Shown piece by piece: positions 1 to 11,400 of a stretch of DNA of 64,000 nucleotides. The DNA lies in contig NC_079171.1 in assembly GCF_947568905.1 (NCBI RefSeq), forward strand, positions 48,856,001-48,920,000. The letters are read 5' to 3'. A program made the translations under genes and the position numbers. Positions within the stretch are counted from its first letter, which is position 1. Each line of letters starts with the position of its first letter. Origin of the DNA: Ostrea edulis. Lineage: Eukaryota. The notes under the pieces are model-generated. The model saw only the letters and a list, made by a program, of their open reading frames with translations. It ran no database searches and had not been told where the DNA came from.

Positions 1-766
1 CTCATTACAACAAAGACACCCCTTGAATGTACATAATTCCTCTCTCATTAAAATCAATTGCTGAAATATTCTGAGAAGCAATTTCTTCCTCTGTAACATC
101 AGGTTCAAACTGATATCCCATATTTAATTCACTTTCTGCTGATGACATTTTAACGTTGATGCTTACAAGTTGCCAACAATACACAATGTGTCCTATTGAC
201 ATCAGCATCAGTGCTGCCCTCTAGTGAATGCTAAGAGATAAACCAGCAGGGAGGTAATCATTTTTTTTCCGATATGGCAACTCCCAAGGATTGAAAAGAT
301 TAGTTAATCTCTATGAAATATCTCCCTATTAAAGAAAGCTGCATCTTTCAGAATTCATTGTATACATCAAAATGACAAATTTAAACCCTTTGTCACTTTT
401 TTATGTTCACTTCCTTTAAGGTTGTATATAGAATGTAGCATACGGAATCTCGTGATGTAATGGAAACAATATAGCCCATAGATATGCTCCAAATTATGAA
501 ATGTACAATTACCTTGATTGATATAATCGTCAATCATGTTCAGGTAATGCATATTTATGAATGGAAGATTCAATCACTTGAATTGATAAATGTTTTTTTT
601 TTTTTATGCTTAAAACTGGCTTAAAGTTATAATTTTGAGATTGTACAAGTGTGTCACTATCGTTAGTATGTTTGTTTATTCCGTGGGTTGTTGCGAGTGC
701 AACTGGAAGCTTCGCTACATATATATTTCCAGTAGATCGGGGCAATAAAAGACCACTCAACACTTC

Positions 767-882
767 TTTTTTACCCACCTGAGCTGAAAGCACATACAAG
801 CTTTTCTGCTCAACTTTTCGAATTTTATCTTCTCCAGAATCACTGGGTCAGTTTAAGTCAAACTCGACATAAATCAAATTGA

Positions 883-917
<35 letters not shown>

Positions 918-1075
918 ATGCTCCATTCAAAGGGAAGAAAAGGCAAACCTGAGTGGGGTCATTACAAATCTCAAGAAGTGCTGGGCCAAAGAAGAAATTT
1001 ATACTAAAACTTTCTTATATAGTGTAGATTGAAGTTGATTGAAATCATGATGTGGGGGTTATTTTAACATTTATT
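767..1075. repeat. Helitron-related element with Cg170-like satellite remnants (relatives at about 49440-50200 and 55979-56685)
   Basis: Terminal TTTTTACCCACCTGAGCTGAAAGC and internal TTCAAATGAAGG / GAAATCATGAT motifs recalled from oyster satellite-bearing elements; not database-checked. Confidence 0.45.
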
Positions 1076-1584
1076 TAGTGGATCGTGTTTACCAACACAA
1101 ATCTTTGGGTTTTCCAGATTTTATTATAACTGCAGTCAACATCGAAGCGATACAGAACAAAGCAAACACAATTATTGGATTATTCATGAAGTAATTAGAT
1201 GTAATAACATTTTATGTTCAATAAAGCATACATAGATAGGAAATCATCAGCACTTCACTGGCCAAGAGTCCAAATTATTCCCATTATCTTTTTCTTTATA
1301 TACATCAGTTATGCCAATAATTTCTTGCATTCAGAATTTATACAAACAATTCTTGACAAATATATAAATAATGCGATCTGTCTACAAAAAAGATCTTGTC
1401 TGGTATACATTCATGTACATCTATGTTAAATTGGTAAAGGAAGCATTGGCATGGCTTCAAAACACACGTGTCATCAAACATGCTGATTAAATCAAAGTAT
1501 GTGTCATTAAATATAGGACATGAATTCCTTGTTTATCAAACACAATTGGATCACTGACACCAGCTTAACCCATTCAATATGCAA

Positions 1585-1985
1585 TATCTTGTCTGAGTAT
1601 GGTCAGTTTTTAAATCGAGGCAAACAAGTAGATGGTACAAGGGTTTCAACATTCTCGATAGAAATCAGCAATTCAAAAATTATATGGTCGTTATAACGAT
1701 CTAGTTCGTCAATAAAACCCATTATTTGGTCAGATGCTGTCTGATGTGTTTCATACCGATTGTTAGACCGTTCTTGGCACACTGATTTTGACTATGGTTA
1801 CCTCCGTTTACCTGATAAGATTTAGGGCTCACGGCGGATGTGACCCGTCGACAGGGAATGCTTACTCCTCCTAGGCACCTGATCCCACCTCTGGTGTGTC
1901 CAAGGGTCCGTGTTTACCCAACTTTCTATTTTGTATTGCTTATAGGGGTTATGAGATTGATCACTGTTAGTTATCTTCACATTTT
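1585..1985 (+). mobile_element. Naiad-type 3' fragment
   Basis: Matches the reverse complement of 3323-3720. Confidence 0.75.
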
Positions 1986-2004
1986 ATCTAACATGATCAT
2001 TAGT

Positions 2005-2183
2005 TTATTGATTGAATGTTTTGCTTTTTTCCGCCACACCCAACAAAATTTCAGTTATATGGTGGCGCCCAGTTTTTATTGGTGGAAGAGAGAACCCAGA
2101 TACAATTTACCTGGGAATAGACCACCGACCTTCCGAAAGTAAACTGGGAAACTTTCTCACTTATCGGCGCGAGCGGGATTCGA
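2005..2183 (-). mobile_element. SINE fragment (B-box remnant TTCGAATCCC, different body)
   Basis: B-box-like start and ...CCACCAATAAAAACTGGGCGCCACCATATAACTGAAAT... end, of the kind seen in mollusc SINEs. Confidence 0.5.
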
Positions 2184-2301
2184 AGTTTATCAAACCGACA
2201 TTTAAAAAACAAAACATTATTACATTGCATTAGTTCGTCGTATCTTCATATTGAAGATAGGTGTCTCAAACAGTGTCGCGGAATTACATACAATTTCAAG
2301 T

Positions 2302-3015
2302 TTATAACGCTGTACATCTGCTTTGCAATTTCGACAATTCAATGGATACCTTCTTCAGATCATCAAAGATGGTGTTCATCTTCCCCCGTTCTTCGTCGCT
2401 CATTTCTGATACCACGCCAAATTGTTCGAGTGTCGTGTGTACAACGTCATATCTTTTCAAATTAGCTCTGATTAAGTAATCTATCTTTGGGATGAAATAC
2501 AAAGTAAATATTCTTTTGAAACTTCGAACTAAGATTTCCTGAGAACATTTTTCTAACATTACATCGAGTATAGATCTTAGTTTTTCTTCTTTTCTTGAGG
2601 TGGTCGAAAAATACCATAACACTTTTGCAATAACATGAAAAGATACTGCCTTTGGAAAATCGCGCATAAATTTATCAACGATTCCTTTGAAATCAAATGG
2701 AGCATCTGGAAATTCTGTAGAAAGTCCTGTAATCCGGTCCAAAAAACTTTTCAATTCTTCTTGGGATTTCTTTGATAACTGACCAATTTTGAGATCAATC
2801 TCTGTTACTGTTGATGCTACATCTTCACTTTTACACCAGAGTTCAAGTTGATTGATGAACTCATCGTATAATGTCTGCTTTGGATTCGATGATCCTTTGG
2901 CAGTGACCGACTTCACTATTTCCCTTTTGAGAACTTCAGAAGACATATAAGCTTTACATTTGCGCGCAAGTTTCTCTGCTTCCTCATTAAGCAACATGCT
3001 GAACTCATTTGTCTT
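2302..3015 (-). CDS. Gene A exon 7, helical stalk-like C-terminus (KTNEFSMLLNEEA...SRCTAL*)
   Basis: tttcag| acceptor in frame with the 231-aa ORF; size and position match gene B exon 13. Confidence 0.85.
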   Translation of the reverse strand, partial: KTNEFSMLLNEEAEKLARKCKAYMSSEVLKREIVKSVTAKGSSNPKQTLYDEFINQLELWCKSEDVASTVTEIDLKIGQLSKKSQEELKSFLDRITGLSTEFPDAPFDFKGIVDKFMRDFPKAVSFHVIAKVLWYFSTTSRKEEKLRSILDVMLEKCSQEILVRSFKRIFTLYFIPKIDYLIRANLKRYDVVHTTLEQFGVVSEMSDEERGKMNTIFDDLKKVSIELSKLQSRCTAL

Positions 3016-6000
3016 CTGAAATAAATTAAACGCATTTTATTTAAATATCTTCATTCTAAACAAAGTCATTCGTGTTTCTAATTATTAACATAGTCGTAAG
3101 ACTCTTTAAACGACATATTGATGTTCAAACCGCGGTTAACTTATCTATCCTTGTTGAATATTAAATGTCCACTTATGATAAGATGAAATTTTCCTTTCTC
3201 ATTGCAAAAGCGATTGCCATCTTTTCTAAATTGAATAATATGTAACACATTTCCTCTCATACAGCTTATGCACATAAAGTACAAGAAAAAAGATTTTAAT
3301 AGAAGTTATATATGTTGATTGTATGCAAGGTGAAGATAACGAACAGTGATCAATCTCATAACTCCTACAAGCAATACAAAATAGATAGTTGGGCAAACAC
3401 GGACCCCTGGACACACCAGAGGTGGGATCAGGTGCCTAGGAGAAGTAAGCATCCCCTGTTGACCGGTCACACCCGCCGTGAGCCCCATATCCTGATCAGG
3501 TAAACGGAGTTATCCGCAGTCAAAATCAGTGTGCCAAGAACGGCTTAACAATCGGTATGAAACACGTCAGACAGCATTTGACCCAATGCGAGGTTGTATT
3601 GACGAACTAGATCGTTATAACGACCATAGAATTTGCGAAATGCTGACTTCAATCGAGACTCTTGAAATCCCTGTACCATCAACTTGTTTGTCAGTAGCTT
3701 ACCTCGATTTAAAAACTGACTATACCCAGAACAAGCTCTTGCATATCGAATCAGTTGAGATATATAAACACCATATGCAGGTGATAATGGAATATTGCTA
3801 CATAAATGTGGGAAGTTGACGATGGAGAAGCTGAAATCATCCCGTTTGTCATACAGTTGAGTTGTTAGTTTGCCGTTAATGTCTACTGTCAATAAAATAT
3901 GTAAGTATGAAGCAGAAGTGGACGACTCTGTGGTGTCCTTTATTTCCAGCTCACAGGGATATATCAAATCGACATATGAATGAAAGCTATCATTGTTAAT
4001 AGACAAAACGTCATCGATATATCTAAAAGTCGAATTGAAGGTCACAGCGAGAGATTTTTTCTTCTCACGTAGAAGTTTTTGAATAAATTGTGCTTCATAT
4101 GAATATAAAAACAGGTCAGCTAACGAAGGAGCACAATTCGTGCCCATGGGAATTCCAACAGACTGTTGGAAGACCTGATCACCAAAGACCACGAAGATAT
4201 TGTCAATGAGGAACTCTAGCCTATTTTTGATTTCAACTTCAGAGTACTTGTGCGTGGAATCAGAGTGGTGTTTAACAAAGTAAGTTTTTGAATGACTGAT
4301 CACTAGATATGAATATTTCCGTTTTCCGCTTTTGTTGAAGAAGCAACTGTCTATGATGTCAAAAAGTCTAGTCTTTAATTTATCGTGAGGAATGGTCGTG
4401 TATAGTGTTGAAAAGTCATAGGTTTTAATGTATTGATTTGGGGAAAATTCTGTGATTTCAAGTTTACTAAAAGTTCTTTAGAATTTTTTAGAATCCACAT
4501 TTGATTAACACCACTTCTGGCATATGTAGTCGCACAGTAAGTTTGAAGTTTCTCCTTCACAGCTGTTAACATTTTCGTGAGGAGCAAAGATAGGGGCTTG
4601 GTAGAGCACTTAATGGATCCAGCAATGTATCTTTGTTTGGAAGGGTTTTTATGTAGTTTAGGAATCCAGTATAGGTACGGTAACTCATATTCATTCGACC
4701 CATTGACTGGAATATTAAATGTGTCTAAAACTGAAGCATGGTTTTGAAGAATTTCGTCTTTTGAAAGGGCAGTTGGAGTATAAGTATGATTACCAAAAGT
4801 GGAATTAATGCCAAGTTCGTTTAAAATACAGTTGTAATAATGAGCCTTACAAACAAAGACAATGTTGTTACTAGCTTTGTCAGCTGGAATCAAAAGATAT
4901 TCCTCATGTAACCTATCTAATTCTTTTATCACTTCTGGTTTACTAAACACAGAAGGATAGATGGTACGTACTTTTGTTTTCATGTGTCTAATGCGGGATT
5001 TTGATATCCGTCTTATGCTTTTAACCCATTCTGACAATGTATCAAGTTCTTCTTTTTCATATTTAGCCCATCGTCTGGCATAATCTTCGACAGAACTCAT
5101 AATAGAGATGAAGTTCTGTCGCCAATTAAAAGACCGAGGTTCTCTGTATTTAGGACCTTTAAGAATAAGTGATTTGAGGTCCTCATTTTCAAACGAAAGT
5201 AATCAAGATGTATGAAATTAATCTACATATTTATTGACAATAGAAAGTACGCCGTGCATCAAACCGGAAAACAGAACAAATTTTTGCCTAACCTCACTAT
5301 ATTGTTGAAATATCTTTTAGGTTGTGACAATTTTCATTTACGAGAGACCCACACCGAGGGAACATCAAAACAAGAGGCAGGTCTTGTACAGGCATTGTTA
5401 TTTGAGAGGATTTAAATTCGTTGTAACATGTTCTCGATTTTGTATATTTTACAGGATTTATGAGACCTATCACTGTTCACTTGTTTTCATGCGGGAAATT
5501 GCACATTAGTATGCACATGTCCCAACTTGCATCCTTGTGATGTTTGAGAAGATTCTTAAAGAATATTCCTATGTAGAAATTAAACCGTTCTGTCGTCAGA
5601 GGATTTTGGTACAAAATCAAATAACATTAAATGTGTAATGTTTGGCTTCCCTAGGGAAGGCGTTCTTGAGAAGGATTTTTAATAATTGATTATCTTCTCT
5701 GTGGAAACTTACTTCACCATTCACCTAGGATAATATTTGGCAATTTAGTTAGTTGCAATAGGTTGATTTGTTGTATTTTGAGAAGTTTATATGTGGCATA
5801 AAACTAATTTACTTTGTCTAAAGAACCTCAATATCCTTACTATTTCTTCAAAAGAGACAAATATAATCTAAACATAATAATTTTGTTTAAATGAATAATC
5901 AACACATCTGAACTATCTAGATATGAACGGTTTGTATTACCTGATTTCCGAGTTCCAGTTCAGTGTTTACTTCATCTAATAATGACTTGGCTTCGCATTT

Positions 6001-6937
6001 CCATTGCTCGTAGTTCATAGCTGCGACAATAGAGCACTTTGCATCAAACAATAATCCCTCCAGGTATCTGACACACAAATATATGATATATCATTTGTAA
6101 TAAATGCAGTGGTTTCTCATGTGAATATATTACAATATCTTTAAATATTTGAGACATTTTATCTGTTCTTATGTTTAGTTTGAGTACCCCGATATGCATT
6201 TGCTCTCAACACTATTCATGTATATGATTTTTATTTATTTCTGAGTATATCAATAAAAATTCAGCTGTTTATCCGCATGAACCTAAACTTTTGTTTACAA
6301 GTAGGACCTTCCTGTTTTCCAAAAATAAAGTGTTACGTTAGCCATTCAAATTTGGCCTTAAAATCAAAAGTGATCCTTTAAGTCGTAATGAGTTATTATT
6401 GACAATTCCATGACAAGAGCTTGGGTATTTTCATGTATTGTACTCTGGAAACTAAAGCGTGAGAGAATGATATATATCTGGCATTGAATATTGATAAATT
6501 TTCGTTACTTTCGCCTTTTCTTTTAATTGTTCCTGTTATACGGAATGGGATTGATCCCAGTTCAGTTAACGTCATATCCACGTTTTCATATCTTAGAAAT
6601 AATCGTTTTTTTTAAATTCTAAAATGATTCATATATGTTAAATAACTCTTAACTTAGGTATATGCAGATATTTGAGACGTATATTTGATATGTTTATTTC
6701 TTCCACAAGCTTCTGAAAATGTAACAATATTTTGCAATAAATTTCGACCTTCCCATTCGCAAAGCATATTTTACCTATACGACAAATCATACAATCGGAG
6801 GCAAGAAGGAGGGTCTATGTGCATATCGAAACGCCAGATGACATTTCATTTGAATGTTTATTCAACATCTAGACGATTTAAACATAGGACTTTCTATAAT
6901 CAACTTGATTAAGTACCTATTTATAATAAATATTATA

Positions 6938-7021
<84 letters not shown>

Positions 7022-8086
7022 AAACCTACTTTTGAATATAAGATAATCAACCTTATCGCTGTCAATTCTGATCATATTGCAAGTGAATTGCTGATATATA
7101 TCATACATTGATTTTCTCTTTAAAAGCTTGAAATATGTTCCGAATCTAAAGAAATGTACATCTTTATATCCTAAAGTGTAAAGAAAACACATCAAATATG
7201 CGGTTCCAGGTTGATATCCTCGAGATGGAGAACTGTATGCCCAATTCTTGGATAAAAATAAATTCATAGCTCTTGTGTTGTGTAAATATGGGGCGGATAT
7301 CTTCGCTGTGTAAATCTGGGGTAGACATGTTCAACGAAGTATTTACTGGATTTAATTCATGATTTGCATCGGAATGATTTTTAGTTGTTTTCGTTACGTT
7401 ACATTACAGAAAAATATTTTTCAAGTCAGCATTGCGAAAAATCCCACAGAGAGCACCAGGAACTTGACATAGGAATAGTTACTACATGTATTTTGAACGT
7501 CTTTTGTTTCATTTGATGAAATCGTCACATACCTTGAATGCGCCTTTAATCGTTTATTAGAATTTTTGGCAATCATCTTATCGAGAGTTTCCTTAAATCT
7601 GTCCAATTCTACCCTAAAAGAATTTGTTGAATCCTCTTCCCCTTTTATCTGAAAAGGACAGTATTCCATAAGATACATTTGATGTAAAACATCTTATCGG
7701 CCGCTAAAACTTTAGATATTCTACACTTTTTCCAAGAAACACACGAATATTGTAATATGAAATAATTTATTCAAGAAGGGAAACAACATTAAAAAACAAA
7801 CTAATTTCAAGTAATGGAATAGCGTAAAATGAAATTGAGTGAACATTTAGACGCGTGTGAATATTGACATTTAAACGGTTTTCCTTTTCATAAACTTTTC
7901 ACGGACAATTTAGTGGAAAGGAGAGAAAAAGAAAAAAATATTTAATTCGCTCATTTAGACCTACGCTTTAAAATTGTTTAATGTAAATTCTTTGTTTTAC
8001 CTCACAATAATGCCCTCCAAATGACTCCCTTTGTATTGTAGTCATAACAACATAATTTGTTTTCATAATGTAAAACGTCTGGAGAG

Positions 8087-8123
<37 letters not shown>

Positions 8124-8425
8124 CACTAAAGTTCCAACAACACCCGATACTTCAAACGTATTACTACATGTTTTTTGGATCAGCTCTTTGGTCGAATAAA
8201 GCCTGTCCTAATTCGCTCCTCTTTTATCATTGATTGGCAAGCCCAAAGACCAAAACACATGTAGTCTGCGTTTTAAATACCTTTGTAGATTAGTGTAGTT
8301 GTAGTGCTAGATGTATTTATATGTAGTTTTTGATATTATACTCTGTTGATATTGGCCACATTATGTAATTCTTTTCGTTTGTCCTGAAGATGGGACAGGA
8401 CGTCCCGAAAATTTGACAAACTGGT

Positions 8426-8484
<59 letters not shown>

Positions 8485-11400
8485 ACTAAAAATTAGTATA
8501 ATATTAAAATCAACAGGTGTGCCACAAAGATCTTAAACTTAGCAGGGGCTTTGTCCCATTTTAGCGCACATCTGGGCGAACTGGGGACCTAAAAGCCACT
8601 AACAGACCCTGTATATCTCAGATGTTTCGGACGCCAAGGGCGGATCCAGAGGGTGGGGGTAGGGTCCAGGGGTTCTGACACCGCCCCCGTTTTGCGGACC
8701 AAAAAGTTTAAGAGTTGTTCAATTCTAATGAGTCTTTAAGAAAAAATGACGTCAAAGGTGGATACTTACATCATTCAATTTATCAATACCTGTATATCAT
8801 TTAATTCATGGATAGATAAGGTCACTGATATGTATATTTAAATGCTGTGATAAAATTTAGAAATTCATTTCAAAAATAAGGATTATCTCCCTCATGCATC
8901 TCTTATCCTTAGACGAATTTGACTCCAGTTTTTCTTTTTCTTCTGGCACTTAGTTTTTCCCCAAAATAGCTCTTATAAGTTTATTATTTCGGATTTCAAA
9001 AATGTCGGTTGAGCATCACTGAAGAGACATTATTTGTCGAAATGCGCATCTGGTGCATGAAAATTGGTACTGTATGAATTCTACATTATGACCCCTGGAT
9101 CGAGGCCTCTGTTGGTTGACTGTTAGTACCCGAGGGTCTCTACAGCCTAGTAGCTAAGTACTTCATTACTAGCTTGAAAATACGGATGTATAATTAAATG
9201 CTGTGATAAAATTTAGAAATTTATTTCAAAATTATGGATTATCTCCCTCATGCATAGTTCTTATCCTTAGACGAATTTGAATTCTTTTCATCTTTTTTTT
9301 TTTTTTTTGGCACTTTGTTTTTCCCTAAAATAGCTCTTTCAAGTTTAATAATACGGATTTCAAAAATTTCGGTTGAGCATCACTGAAGAGACATTGTTTG
9401 TCGAAATGCGCATCTGGTGCATGAAATTTGGTACCGTATAAATTCTAAATATACACGATATTTTCGTCAGATATAAGAATCACTTTTAAAAAATTCTTAA
9501 CAAGTACATATTACATAGTATGGAGATTTGAATTATTAGAACTTTAGAAAGAAGTAGTAAATAAAATTAAACATTTAACTGCCTTACGATCTCCCTAAGA
9601 TGTTATGTACACCAGCAAAGGGTGTAGATAAGGTAGGGTTGAAGGTTGTAAAATTATGTAAAAGATTAAGTTGTAGACCGCCCCTTTCACAACTTTCTGA
9701 ATCCGCCTATCTTTCACTTGCGCCTCAAAATTCAAATTCTAAATCCGTCCATGCTAATAAAGGCAGTCTGCATTAAAGAACCGAGATTGATTTATAATTT
9801 GTTATGAATGTTATTTGGTTTTGAGTTTCAGTAAATTGCATAATCCAAACATGTTTCAGAGATGTACTTAATGATTGTAAACATGATACAATGACATCGC
9901 ATACGCAGGATCTACATCATATGATATTATTGCTGGATTGGCTATATTGTGCAGGTCTGGAATTCTGATTTGCACGTACAAATATTTGCAGCTGTAGGTT
10001 ATTCAAACCAAAAGAATTTTTAGTTATATTAATTCATTTGTTTGATGAATATATGGGAAGACATGATTATTTGATTCTATATTTCACACACTCAATAAAA
10101 CTTAAACGTATTGATTACAGTAATCAAAACTTATATTTATATATATTTTCAAAATATTTTATTCAGAATTTTTATACCTGTACATGTTATTATTTTCGAA
10201 CACAACCACAAATAGACAAATAGATCGGACGCCTGGACTGCGGCCGATAATGATTTCTTTTTCAATATATTGTTTCAACTGCAAATTTTGAAAGCTAGTT
10301 ATCCATACCTCTTTAAGGCTTACATGAAATGTGTTTCTTGGTGCCATGGAAACAAAACACCATTCCTCAAGAAGAATGTTGGTTGCATTTCGAATGATTT
10401 CATCGCGTTCGTGCTCTTCGATACGGTCCCATTTATTCATGAGAAACAAGACATCCTTTGGGTCAAAACATGGCATTTCTTCAAGCTTCTCCTTAATATA
10501 TTTGAAAACGTCCAACAGCTGAAATAAAATCGTTAATATGTGTACGCAACTACATAGTTCATCTAAGCACGGGTTTGCATACGTTTGATGAATGTATATT
10601 CTCAAAATCAAATTAATACTCTCATGTTGATTTGAGAAAAGTTTTGCGATTTCAAATTTATTATTACTACTACTTATAATGATACTGAAAGTTCTTTAGA
10701 TTTTTTTATAATCCACATTTGTAATACGCTACATCTGGCATATGTTGTGACACAGTACGTTTGAAGTTTCTCCTTCATACAGTGGCGAGTTTAGGGGGCT
10801 TGGGGGGGGGGGGGGTCCTTTTGTTTACCACACACAAACCTATAGGCCTAAACGATGTGGTGACTATAAATGAAAGGAAGACAGAACAAGAAGAATTTCA
10901 GTAAAAAATGCATTAAAATGCACCATTTTAAATCATTCTTTTTCAAATTTTCCCGGGGGAGGACCCCCCCCCCCTACATACTCTCATTATGGAGACGTCA
11001 CCATTGGCGATGAAGGGCTGCAAAATTGAGGCCTATTATCGACTCTTTCGGTCGTTGAGCAGGGAGGGATCTTTAATGTACCACACCTGCTGTAACACGG
11101 GACCTCAGTTTTTACGGTCTCATTCGAAGGACCACCCCATTTTGTCGCCTCTTACGACAAGCAAGGGGTATGGTGGAACTATACTAACTCGAATCCCAAC
11201 GGGACTATTGTGACTGAAACTGACAATGACTTACAGAATGTATTGTACGTATATTTTTTTTTATTTGTGTTTAACAGAAACTTAAAAGTTAACGTTAACA
11301 CTTTAAAATTTTTAGTTTTTACGAAAGGGCTCCAGTAACCAATCAGTTTAATGAGGATGTTATTGAAAAAGTGAACTAATTCAAGTATTTTAGTAAGATA

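Larger units (their letters stand above)
8829..9447 (+). mobile_element. Retrozyme-like tandem repeat (~1.7 copies of a 364-nt hammerhead-bearing monomer)
   Basis: Direct repeat with a ~364-nt period and one hammerhead per unit, no ORF; circularly permuted copies at 33276-33606 (+) and 33922-34212 (-). Confidence 0.8.
8637..9708. mobile_element. Possible MITE hosting the retrozyme insertion
   Basis: Imperfect TIRs AGGGCGGATCCAGA (8637-8650) / TCTGAATCCGCCT (9696-9708). Confidence 0.4.

Noticed and set aside
5-208. Minus-strand ORF MSSAESELNMGYQFEPDV... at the left edge
   Set aside because: The YQFEP motif recalls transposon-associated small ORFs, but the Cys-rich continuation is not visible; too little to call.
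1840-2142. Recurring short ORFs of the type [22 protein letters not shown]...LITVRYLHL (also 3306, 16237, 37253, 40753, 44062)
   Set aside because: These are chance frames in the multi-copy Naiad 3' terminus, with variable stops and frameshifts; not a peptide gene family.
6700-6910. Possible LINE apurinic-endonuclease relic (NRRQEGGSMCI...FECLF)
   Set aside because: Needs frameshifts and has no adjacent RT; support is weak.
6854-7267. ORFs rich in THTH/IYIY/VCVC (also 39724-39975, 41768-41962)
   Set aside because: Translations of microsatellites.
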